Both the position numbers and the translations under genes were made by a program. A stretch of DNA of 64,000 nucleotides from Yuukianura sp. NJ FZ-2021 (taxonomy: Eukaryota). Under the pieces are notes generated by a model. The model worked only from the letters and a program-made list of their open reading frames with translations. It did not search any database and was not told the DNA's origin. How positions within the stretch are numbered: the stretch's first letter is position 1; every line of letters starts with the position of its first letter. Of the stretch, positions 27,701 through 39,339 are shown piece after piece. The stretch covers positions 1,364,001 to 1,428,000 of the forward strand of contig CM102287.1 of assembly GCA_046563655.1 (NCBI GenBank), written 5' to 3'.

Positions 27701-30700
27701 AATTACCTCTGTACACGCTCATCTTTTAAAGCAACAGTTTGATAAATTTCAAAACTTCGTTTCCCAGAACCGCTCACATGTAGACAAACAATGGGGCTTT
27801 TTGGAAATCAACAGGTTTGCCCGGTTATAAATTAGAGCAGTAGTAGAATAACTTGTTGTCTATAAAGGCTTATAATCTGGACACAATGCTAATTACCTCT
27901 GTACAAGCTCATTTTTTAAAGCAGCAGTTTGGCAAATTTCAAAACTTTGTTTCTGAGAAACCGCTCACGTGTTGACAAACAATAGGTTTTTTTTTTGAAA
28001 TCAACAGATTTGCCCGGTTACAAATTATAGCATTAGTAGAATAACTTGTTGTCTATAAAGGCTTATAATCAGGACACAATGCTAATTACCTCTGTACAAG
28101 CTCATTTTTTTAAAGCAAGCAGTTTGGCAAATTTCAAAACTTCGTTTCTGAGAAACCGCTCACATGTAACAAACAATGGTTTTTTTGGGAATCAACAGGT
28201 TTGCTCGGTTACAAATTAGAGCATTAGTAGAATAACTTGTTGTCTATAAAGGCTTATAATCTGGACACAATGCTAATTACCTCTGTACAAGCTCATTTTT
28301 TAAAGCAGCAGTTTGGCAAATTTCAAAACTTCGTTTCTGAGAAACCGCTCACATGTAGCAAACAATGGTTTTTTTTGGGAATCAACAGGTTTGCTCGGTT
28401 ACAAATTAGAGCATTAGTAGAATAACTTGTTGTCTATAAAGGCTTATAATCTGGACACAATGCTAATTACCTCTGTACAAGCTCATTTTTAAAGCAGCAG
28501 TTTGGCAAATTTCAAAACTTCGTTTCCCTGAGAAACCGCTCACATGTAGCAAACAATGGTTTTTTTGGGAATCAACAGGTTTGCTCGGTTACAAATTAGA
28601 GCATTAGTAGAATAACTTGTTGTCTATAAAGGCTTATAATCTGGACACAATGCTAATTACCTCTGTACAAGCTCATTTTTTAAAGCAGCAGTTTGGCAAA
28701 TTTCAAAACTTCGTTTCTGAGAAACCGCTCACATGTAGCAAACAATGGTTTTTTTGGGAATCAACATGTTTGCTCGGTTACAAATTAGAGCATTAGTAGA
28801 ATAACTTGTTGTCTATAAAGGCTTATAATCTGGACACAATGCTAATTACCTCTGTACAACGCTCATTTTTAAAGCAGCAGTTTGGTAAATTTCAAAACTT
28901 TGTTTCTGAGAAACCGATCACATGTATGCAAACAATGGGGTTTTTTGGGAAATCAACAGGTTTGCTTGGTTACAAATTAGAGCATTAGTAGAATAAATTG
29001 TTGTCTATAAAGGCTTATAATCAGGACACAATGCTAATTACCTCTGTACACGCTCATCTTTTAAAGCAACAGTTTGATAAATTTCAAAACTTTGTTTCCC
29101 AGAAACCGCTCACAAGTAGACAAACAATGGGGTTTTTTGGAAATCAACAGGTTTGCCCGGTTACAAATTAGAGCAGTAGTAGAATAACTTGTTGTCTATA
29201 AAGGCTTATAATCTGGACACAATGCTAATTACCTCTGTACACGCTCATCTTTTAAAGCAACAGTTTGGATAAATTTCAAAACTTCGTTTCCCAGAAACCG
29301 CTCACATGTAGACAAACAATAGGGTTTTTTGAAATCAACAGGTTTGCCCGGTTACAAATTAGAGTAGTAGTAGAATAACTTGTTGTCTATAAAGGCTTAT
29401 AATCTGGACACAATGCTAATTACCTCTGTACACGCTCATCTTTTAAAGCAACAGTTTGGATAAATTTCAAAACTTCGTTTCCAGAACCGCTCACATGTAG
29501 ACAAACAATAGGGTTTTTTGGAAATCAACAGGTTTGCCCGGTTACAAATTAGAGCAGTAGTAGAATAACTTGTTGTCTATAAAGGCTTATAATCTGGACA
29601 CAATGATAATTACCTCTGTACAAGCTCATTTTTTAAAGCTGCAGTTTGGCAAATTTCAAAACTTCGTTTCCCAGAAACCGCTCACATGTAGACAAACAAT
29701 AGGGTTTTTTGGAAATCAACAGGTTTGCCCGGTTACAAATTAGAGCATTAGTAGAATAACTTGTTGTCTTTAAAGGCTTATAATCTGGACACAATGCTAA
29801 TAACCTCTGTACAAGCTCATTTTTTAAAGCATCAGTTTGGCAAATTTCAAAACTTCGTTTCCCAGAAACCGCTCACAAGTAGACAAACAATGGGATTTTT
29901 TGGAAATCAACAGGTTTGCCCGGTTACAAATTAGAGCAGTAGTAGAATAACTTGTTGTCTATAAAGGCTTATAATCTGGACACAATGCTAATTAACCTCT
30001 GTACAAGCTCATTTTTAAGCAGCAGTTTGGCAAATTTCAAAACTTCGTTTCTGAGAAACCGCTCACATGTAGGCAAACAATGGTTTTTTTTGGGAATCAA
30101 CAGGTTTGCTCGGTTACAAATTAGAGCATTAGTAGAATAACTTGTTGTCTATAAAGGCTTATAATCTGGACACAATGCTAATTACCTCTGTACAAGCTCA
30201 TTTTTTAAAGCAAGCAGTTTGGCAAATTTCAAAACTTCGTTTCTGAGAAACCGCTCACATGTAGCAAACAATGGTTTTTTTTGGGAATCAACATGTTTGC
30301 TCGGTTACAAATTAGAGCATTAGTAGAATAACTTGTTGTCTATAAAGGCTTATAATCTGGACACAATGCTAATTACCTCTGTACACGCTCATTTTTTAAA
30401 GCAGCAGTTTGGTAAATTTCAAAACTTTGTTTCTGAGAAACCGATCACATGTATGCAAACAATGGGGTTTTTTGGAAATCAACAGGTTTGCCCGGTTACA
30501 AATTAGAGCATTAGTAGAATAAATTGTTGTCTATAAAGGCTTATAATCAGGACACAATGCTAATTACCTCTGTACACGCTCATCTTTTAAAGCAACAGTT
30601 TGATAAATTTCAAAACTTCGTTTCCCAGAACCGCTCACATGTAGACAAACAATAGGGTTTTTTGAAATCAACAGGTTTGCCCGGTTACAAATTAGAGCAG

Positions 30701-33700
30701 TAGTAGAATAACTTGTTGTCTATAAAGGCTTATAATCTGGACACAATGATAATTACCTCTGTACAAGCTCATTTTTTAAAGCTGCAGTTTGGCAAATTTC
30801 AAAACTTCGTTTCCCAGAAACCGCTCACAAGTAGACAAACAATGGGGTTTTTTGGAAATCAACAGGTTTGCCCGGTTACAAATTAGAGCAGTAGTAGAAT
30901 AACTTGTTGTCTATAAAGGCTTATAATCTGGACACAATGCTAATAACCTCTGTACAAGCTCATTTTTTAAAGCAGCAGTTTGGCAAATTTCAAAACTTCG
31001 TTTCTGAGAAACCGCTCACATGTAGCAAACAATGGTTTTTTTTGGGAATCAACAGGTTTGCTCGGTTACAAATTAGAGCATTAGTAGAATAACTTGTTGT
31101 CTATAAAGGCTTATAATCTGGACACAATGCTAATTACCTCTGTACAAGCTCATTTTTTAAAGCAGCAGTTTGGCAAATTTCAAAACTTCGTTTCTGAGAA
31201 ACCGCTCACATGTAGCAAACAATGGTTTTTTTGGGGAATCGACATGTTTGCTCGGTTACAAATTAGAGCATTAGTAGAATAACTTGTTGTCTATAAAGGC
31301 TTATAATCTGGACACAATGCTAATTACCTCTGTACACGCTCATTTTTTAAAGCAGCAGTTTGGTAAATTTCAAAACTTTGTTTCTGAGAAACCGATCACA
31401 TGTATGCAAACAATGGGGTTTTTTGGAAATCAACAGGTTTGCCCGGTTACAAATTAGAGCATTAGTAGAATAAATTGTTGTCTATAAAGGCTTATAATCA
31501 GGACACAATGCTAATTACCTCTGTACACGCTCATCTTTTAAAGCAACAGTTTGATAAATTTCAAAACTTCGTTTCCCAGAAACCGCTCTCACAAGTAGAC
31601 AAACAATGGGTTTCTTGGAAATCAACAGGTTTGCCCGGTTACAAATTAGAGCAGTAGTAGAATAACTTGTTGTCTATAAAGGCTTATAATCTGGACACAA
31701 TGCTAATTACCTCTGTACACGCTCATCTTTTAAAGCAACAGTTTGATAAATTTCAAAACTACGTTTCCCAGAAACCGCTCACATGTAGACAAACAATAGG
31801 GTTTTTTGGAAATCAACAGGTTTGCCCGGTTATAAATTAGAGCAGTAGTAGAATAACTTGTTGTCTATAAAGGCTTATAATCTGGACACAATGCTAATTA
31901 CCTCTGTACAAGCTCATTTTTTAAAGAAGCAGTTTGGCAAATTTCAAAACTTCGTTTCTGAGAAACCGCTCACATGTAACAAACAATGGTTTTTTTTTGG
32001 GAATCAACAGGTTTGCTCGGTTACAAATTAGAGCATTAGTAGAATAACTTGTTGTCTATAAAGGCTTATAATCTGGACACAATGCTAATTACCTCTGTAC
32101 ACGCTCATCTTTTAAAGCAACAGTTTGATAAATTTCAAAACTTCGTTTCCCAGAACCGCTCACATGTAGACAAACAATAGGGTTTTTTGGAAATCAACAG
32201 GTTTGCCCGGTTATAAATTAGAGCAGTAGTAGAATAACTTGTTGTCTATAAAGGCTTATAATCTGGACACAATGCTAATTACCTCTGTACAAGCTCATTT
32301 TTTAAAGCAGCAGTTTGGCAAATTTCAAAACTTTGTTTCTGAGAAACCGCTCACATGTATGCAAACAATGGGGTTTTTTGGAAATCAACAGGTTTGCCCG
32401 GTTACAAATTAGAGCATTAGTAGAATAAATTGTTGTCTATAAAGGCTTATAATCAGGACACAATGCTAATTACCTCTGTACAAGCTCATTTTTTAAAGCA
32501 GCAGTTTGGCAAATTTCAAAACTTCGTTTCTGAGAAACCGCTCACATGTAACAAACAATGGTTTTTTTTGGGAATCAACAGGTTTGCTCGGTTACAAATT
32601 AGAGCATTAGTAGAATAACTTGTTGTCTATAAAGGCTTATAATCTGGACACAATGCTAATTACCTCTGTACAAGCTCATTTTTTAAAGCAGCAGTTTGGC
32701 AAATTTCAAAACTTCGTTTCTGAGAAACCGCTCACATGTAGCAAACAATGGTTTTTTTGGGAATCAACAGGTTTGCTCGGTTACAAATTAGAGCATTAGT
32801 AGAATAACTTGTTGTCTATAAAGGCTTATAATCTGGACACAATGCTAATTACCTCTGTACAAGCTCATTTTTAAAGCAGCAGTTTGGCAAATTTCAAAAC
32901 TTCGTTTCTGAGAAACCGCTCACATGTAGCAAACAATGGTTTTTTTGGGAATCAACAGGTTTGCCCGGTTACAAATTAGAGCATTAGTAGAATAACTTGT
33001 TGTCTATAAAGGCTTATAATCTGGACACAATGCTAATTACCTCTGTACACGCTCATTTTTTAAAGCAGCAGTTTGGTAAATTTCAAAACTTCGTTTCCCA
33101 GAACCGCTCACATGTAGACAAACAATAGGGTTTTTTGGAAATCAACAGGTTTGCCCGGTTACAAATTAGAGCAGTAGTAGAATAACTTGTTGTCTATAAA
33201 GGCTTATAATCTGGACACAATGCTAATTACCTCTGTACAAGCTCATTTTTTAAAGCAGCAGTTTCGCAAATTTCAAAACTTTGTTTCTGAGAAACCGCTC
33301 ACATGTATGCAAACAATGGGGTTTTTTGGAAATCAACAGGTTTGCCCGGTTACAAATTAGAGCATTAGTAGAATAAATTGTTGTCTATAAAGGCTTATAA
33401 TCAGGACACAATGCTAATTACCTCTGTACAAGCTCATTTTTAAAGCAGCAGTTTGGCAAATTTCAAAACTTCGTTTCTGAGAAACCGCTCACATGTAACA
33501 AACAATGGTTTTTTTGGGAATCAACAGGTTTGCTCGGTTACAAATTAGAGCATTAGTAGAATAACTTGTTGTCTATAAAGGCTTATAATCTGGACACAAT
33601 GCTAATTACCTCTGTACAAGCTCATTTTTTAAAGCAGCAGTTTGGCAAATTTCAAAACTTCGTTTCTGAGAAACCGCTCACATGTAGCAAACAATGGTTT

Positions 33701-34625
33701 TTTTTGGGAATCAACAGGTTTGCTCGGTTACAAATTAGAGCATTAGTAGAATAACTTGTTGTCTATAAAGGCTTATAATCTGGACACAATGCTAATTACC
33801 TCTGTACAAGCTCATTTTTTAAAGCAGCAGTTTGGCAAATTTCAAAACTTCGTTTCTGAGAAACCGCTCACATGTAGCAAACAATGGTTTTTTTGGGAAT
33901 CAACAGGTTTGCTCGGTTACAAATTAGAGCATTAGTAGAATAACTTGTTGTCTATAAAGGCTTATAATCTGGACACAATGCTAATTACCTCTGTACATGC
34001 TCATCTTTTAAAGCAGCAGTTTGGTAAATTTCAAAACTTTGTTTCTGAGAAACCGCTCACATGTTGACAAACAATAGGTTTTTTTTTTTGAAATCAACAG
34101 ATTTGCCCGGTTACAAATTATAGCATTAGTAGAATAAATTGTTGTCTATAAAGGCTTATAATCAGGACACAATGCTAATTACCTCTGTACACGCTCATCT
34201 TTTAAAGCAACAGTTTGATAAATTTCAAAACTTCGTTTCCCAGAAACCGCTCACAAGTATGCAAACAATGGGGTTTCTTGGAAATCAACAGGTTTGCCCG
34301 GTTACAAATTAGAGCAGTAGTAGAATAACTTGTTGTCTATAAAGGCTTATAATCTGGACACAATGCTAATTACCTCTGTACACGCTCATCTTTTAAAGCA
34401 ACAGTTTGATAAATTTCAAAACTTCGTTTCCCAGAAACCGCTCACATGTATGCAAACAATGGGGTTTTTTGGAAATCAACAGGTTTGCCCGGTTACAAAT
34501 TAGAGCAGTAGTAGAATAACTTGTTGTCTATAAAGGCTTATAATCTGGACACAATGCTAATTACCTCTGTACACGCTCATCTTTTAAAGCAACAGTTTGA
34601 TAAATTTCAAAACTTCGTTTCCCAG
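9740..34625. repeat. ~190-bp satellite array, segment 2 (~129 monomers, irregular higher-order repeats)
   Basis: Same monomer and orientation as segment 1. Interrupted by the MITE at 20298-20519 and a scrambled patch at ~26810-27345. Confidence 0.99.
20298..20519. mobile_element. Non-autonomous piggyBac-type DNA transposon (MITE), 222 bp, TTAA target-site duplication
   Basis: TTAA at 20294-20297 and 20520-20523 where the satellite has one TTAA (CTTTTAAAGC). TIRs CCTTTTGAGGGCTAAAT / revcomp CCTTTTGAGGCCTGAAAT (10 bp perfect). Internal palindrome GACGACTATAGTCGTC at 20357-20372. No ORF. Confidence 0.9.
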
Positions 34626-35065
34626 TGTTGAAAATACCAAACAAGATTATGATTAATTACTTATTAGGATTCATGATTTGTTCTATATGACTAATTAAGG
34701 TCTAGGACTTTTTACTACGTAAGTAGGAACAGGAATTGGTCGCCTACAATTAATTAGGTTGTTAATACAAGGTTATTCCTTTGTGTATAATTTATAAGTT
34801 AGAACCAGGAACCAGGAAAATAGTTATAAGGTCAGTTCTGACGTACACTCTAGGAAGAATAACGTTTTAGTTAATGTCACTAGGAAATGACTAGTGTTAA
34901 GTCTAGGTCACTAGGTTAGTATAAATACTAGTTACCTAGATTGTTAGAATTAGTAGTGCCTCGTAGATTGTTGGTGTAACAACTTTATTGTGTAAAATAA
35001 AAAACTCTCAGAAAATCCAAGTTCAGTTGTGTAGTTTGTGTGGCGTTTATTCAATAATTTCAACA
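34626..35065 (+). repeat. 5' LTR of copia copy 2
   Basis: TGTTGAAA...TTTCAACA; direct repeat of 41097-41536. Confidence 0.97.
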
Positions 35066-35079
35066 CGTTATCAGCACGA
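35066..35079 (+). other. Primer-binding site CGTTATCAGCACGA
   Basis: Immediately 3' of the LTR; identical to 6490-6503. Confidence 0.75.
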
Positions 35080-35118
35080 ACTCCGTAAGAAGAACTTTCT
35101 CCAAACCGAGAAGACGCA

Positions 35119-38100
35119 ATGAATCCCTCTGCCAACACAACGACAACTGTAGCAGCAACCGGTGAGACGGTGACCAGTTATCATTTTCTAAATAAGAAAT
35201 TTGATACTGATTCAATTGCAAAATTGAATGACGACAACTACATAACTTGGAAGTTGAGACTTGAAAGTCTCTTTCGTGCCCATGACATTCTTGGGGTAGT
35301 CCAAGGGACTACGCCCAGACCAGCAACCGCTGGCACGGATCAAAGTCGATGGGACAAGCAGAACAATGAGGCCATTACCTGCATGTACTTGTGCATCAAG
35401 GACAAAGAGTTGAGCACAATAGCAGGTTGTGCCACGGCTTCTGAAGCGTGGAAGAAATTAGCTACAATTCATCAAGACGTGAGTGGTGAATCAAAGGGAC
35501 TCCTGTAGCAGAAATTCTACAATGTGAAAACAAGCCAAGACAAAAGTGCCCTTCAAGCTATGATCGAGATTCAAAACATTGCCGTGCAGTTGAGGTCACT
35601 TGGCTCAACTGTGGACGAGGAATCAGAGGTGTCTCGCATCATCACAAGCTTAGATGACAGCAAGTACAGACACTTCAAGGAGGCATGGAGATCAGGTGGA
35701 AAGCACGAAGAGAACCGCAGGGAATCTCCTCTCAAGACTCAAGGCTCTTGACCTAGAACAAACCACAACCACAGAAAAGAAGAATGATGAGTCAGCATCA
35801 AAGTCTTTTTACTTCAACGAAGGAGGAAGAGGTGGAAAATTTAAAAACCAGAGGGACAAAACAAATGATGTTTGCCGCCTTTGTCACCAAAAAGGCCATT
35901 TTGCCAAAAATTGTGGTTTAACGCTGAATCCAAGACAAGTCAGCACTGTTCGGCCTCAAGGAAAGAAAATAAACAGATACACGGGAACATGGAAACGGGA
36001 TCCAAACTACAAACCGCATGAGCAGTCCAACAGGGACAAAAATGCTTACATGGCGTGGCAAAGCGATGACCTCGCGGACCAATGGATCAACGACTCCGGT
36101 GCGGATCAGCACTACTGCGGAAACCGGGAATGGTTTTCGGATTTTACGGTTTACGAAGAACCGAAACGGATTTCCATGGCGAATAATTCGACCAGTTTTG
36201 CCTTAGGCTTTGGCTCAGTGAAAGTCAACGCCTTGAGACAAGGCAGATGGGGAATCATCGAGTTACAAAATGTGGATTACGTTCCACAAGGAGTCAATCT
36301 CGTGTCAGAAAACGTCCTTCTGGAGAAAGGATTTGAAGATATCAAAAATCGTTATGGGGACATAAGGTTTTACTACAACAATGAACCAGACATTGAAGCT
36401 GTCAGAAAAGATGGGCTTCAAATTATGAAGTTTAAACCCATAAGAAACCATGCGTTCACTTGCATTAAGGAAGTCACATGGCACAAGCGCCTTGCCCACA
36501 TCAATGGGGAATATTTGAAATTGACCAAAGAGAAAGAAGCAGCCACTGGATTGGAGAAAATGAAAGAAGAGGACTTCACCTGCAATTCCTGCATTCTTGG
36601 GAAATCCAAGCGACAAGGCTACAAATCCAGCAAAAGTGAAAGCAATTTCAAAGTTGGCGAATGTCTACATTTGGATCTGGGATATGCTAATACGACCTCA
36701 AAACTGGGCAACAAATACTTTTTGGTAATCAAAGACCAAGAAAGTAATTTTAGACAAGTCTATGCCCAGAAGACAAAAGACGAGACCGTGCGGAACATCA
36801 AGGATGCCGTGCACTTTATCGCCAATCAAACAGGAAACCACGTCAAGGTCATCAGAAGTGACAATGGGACGGAGATCGTCAACGAGGAATTAAAACAATT
36901 TTTCTCCCGAAAAGGAATTCAGTTAGGGACAAACGCTCCCTATTCCAGTGAAAGCAACGGTTTCATAGAACGGGATATCAGGACGATCCAGGACGCCTCC
37001 CGCACGATGCTGATTGAAGCAAATCTAAACGAAAGTTTTTGGGAAGATTCTGTTAAGACAGCAGTCTACTTGCTGAATCGGACTTTGTCCTCCAGAAACA
37101 AAAACAAAAACTCCATTTGAAATGGTGTTTGGAAAAATTCCAAAATTGTATCATGTCAAGACTTTTGGATGTGAAGCTTTCGCCCACAAAATGGTCAATG
37201 TAAACAAATGGGAAGAGAAAGCTACAAAATGTATCCTGGTTGGATACAATTCAGCAAACGATTTGTACCGATTGTACAACAAAGAGAAAGGTGTTTACTT
37301 TGAACAAACTAAACACGTCGTTTTTGCCGAAAACGTTGAACGACACAACGCTGCTGACATCTTACAAGAAGACATTGCAACAGTGCAGAAACTGTCAACT
37401 CGAGTTGAATCTACCGTAGTGAAAGCGGACACAGATGCAAATAAGATTCTTCTTCGAAAATCGTCAAATGGAGAATAATGAAATAATTTCTCGAGAAACG
37501 ACAAATGACAATACGGAACCGGATTACGTCAATCTTGAGCAGTTGTCTATCAAATCAGATCCTGGAACTGACTCAACTGAGCAACCAGAAAACTCCAGCA
37601 CAAGCGGACCTGAACTGAGAAGATCAGCTCGGCTCAAAGATAAAGCGACAAAATATCAAATGTTTGTCAAGAAAACAGTGCCTTCCAGCTACAAAGAGGC
37701 CATCACATCAGAAGAGGTTGATGAATGGCAAGAAGCGATGGAAGATGAATTTAGGAGCCAACTTCAAAACAAAACATGGATTCTCGTCTCCAGACCACTA
37801 AATCGCAAAATACTCAAAAATCGTTGGGTATTTCGGATCAAAAATAACCCTGATGGGTCAATTGAAAAATACAAAGCCAGGCTAGTAGTCAAAGGCTTTA
37901 GTCAAGTCGAAGGAGTGGATTATGAAGAAACTTTCGCTCCTGTCTGCCGCTACGAGACGATCCGAATCATGTTAGCCCTAGCAGCACAAGAAGGGTGGAA
38001 TATGACTCAGTTTGACATTACCACAGCATTTCTCAACAGTACTCTGGATGAAGAAATTTACATGGAGCAACCAGAAGGGTTTGAAGTACAAGGGACTAGT

Positions 38101-39216
38101 GCTTACGGGGACAATCTCGTTTGTCTACTCAAGAAGGGGTTGTATGGACTGAAACAAGCCCCTCGATACCCTCGATGCTGGAATCACACGCTTAATTCGG
38201 AACTTCAGAAATTGGGCTTTCTCCCGCTGACGTCAGACTATTGTGTCTACAAGAAAGTGGACAACGGAACTATCACCTTCATCATCATTTACGTGGACGA
38301 TGGAATCATCATGGGAAATGATGCCAAAGCCAATCAGCGCCTTCTAACTGATTTGCAGAAGATTTTCAAACTGACGGTTGGGACTTTGAATAAGTTCCTG
38401 GGAATTGAAATTGTCCAAAAGAAAAACAGCATCTTAATTCATCAACGAGGTTACATCGAAGCTATGCTTGAGCGATTTAACATGTCCAGTTGCAAACCTA
38501 GTACTCTTCCAATGAGTCCTGGACTCCAACTGAAGCAAGCCACAGAGAAAGGAAATTCTGACTTTGAATATCAAGAACTCGTTGGATCCTTGCTATTTTT
38601 AGCAAGATGTACCAGGCCAGATATCGCCTACAACGTTCAATATCTCTCAAGATTTTTTGGAGCTTATGACCAGAGCCATTGGGAAGCTGCCAAGAACATC
38701 TTACGCTATTTAAAAGGAACGAGCACCTTGGCGATTGAATACAGAAAGAATCCGGACTTGATTCTTGAAGGATTCGTGGATGCAGATTACGGCTCTGATG
38801 TCAACTCCCGGAAATCCACCACTGGATGTTTATTCACAATCAACGATGCTCCCATCCTTTGGCTGAGCAGAAGGCAGACGTGCATTGCCTTATCCAGCAC
38901 TGAAGCTGAGTACATCGCACTTTCCCACGCTGGAAAAGAATCCATTTGGTTACGTCATATTCTGGCCGAGTGTAACCATCCACAGACGAGCATCGTACTC
39001 AACACAGACTCTCAAAGTGCTATCAAACTTGCGAAAAACCCGGAGTACCATGACAAAACGAAGCACATTGATATCCGCCACCACTACATCCGAAATTTAA
39101 TGGATAAGAAGCTCGTCACACTTAATCATACGCCAGACAGCGTACAACCAGCGGATATTCTCACGAAAGCAACGAACAAAGACACGTTTCTAAGAAAACG
39201 GAAACTAATGGGACTT
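35119..39216 (+). CDS. gag-pol: Gag-protease-integrase-RT-RNase H region of copia copy 2 (one TGG>TAG stop at 35506-35508; three +1 frameshifts near 35695, 37100, 37475)
   Basis: Same motifs as copy 1, plus RT YVDD (38290-38301), YQELVGSLLFL, RPDIAY, RNase H FVDADYG, SSTEAEY, TDSQSAI, KHIDIRHH, ADILTK. Each lesion is absent from copy 1. Confidence 0.93.
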
Positions 39217-39339
39217 GATGCCCTCCCGGACTCCTATGCGAGCATAGTCAAAAGGAAATTCATCCCGGACAGCACCACATCGGAGACACGAAATTGTGAA
39301 GACAATAGTTCATTCAAGCCGAACTTCACAATCGGAAAA

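Noticed and set aside
35506..35508. Read-through stop codon in gag
   Set aside because: Copy 1 has TGG (Trp) here in mid-gag; this is a point mutation or sequencing error.
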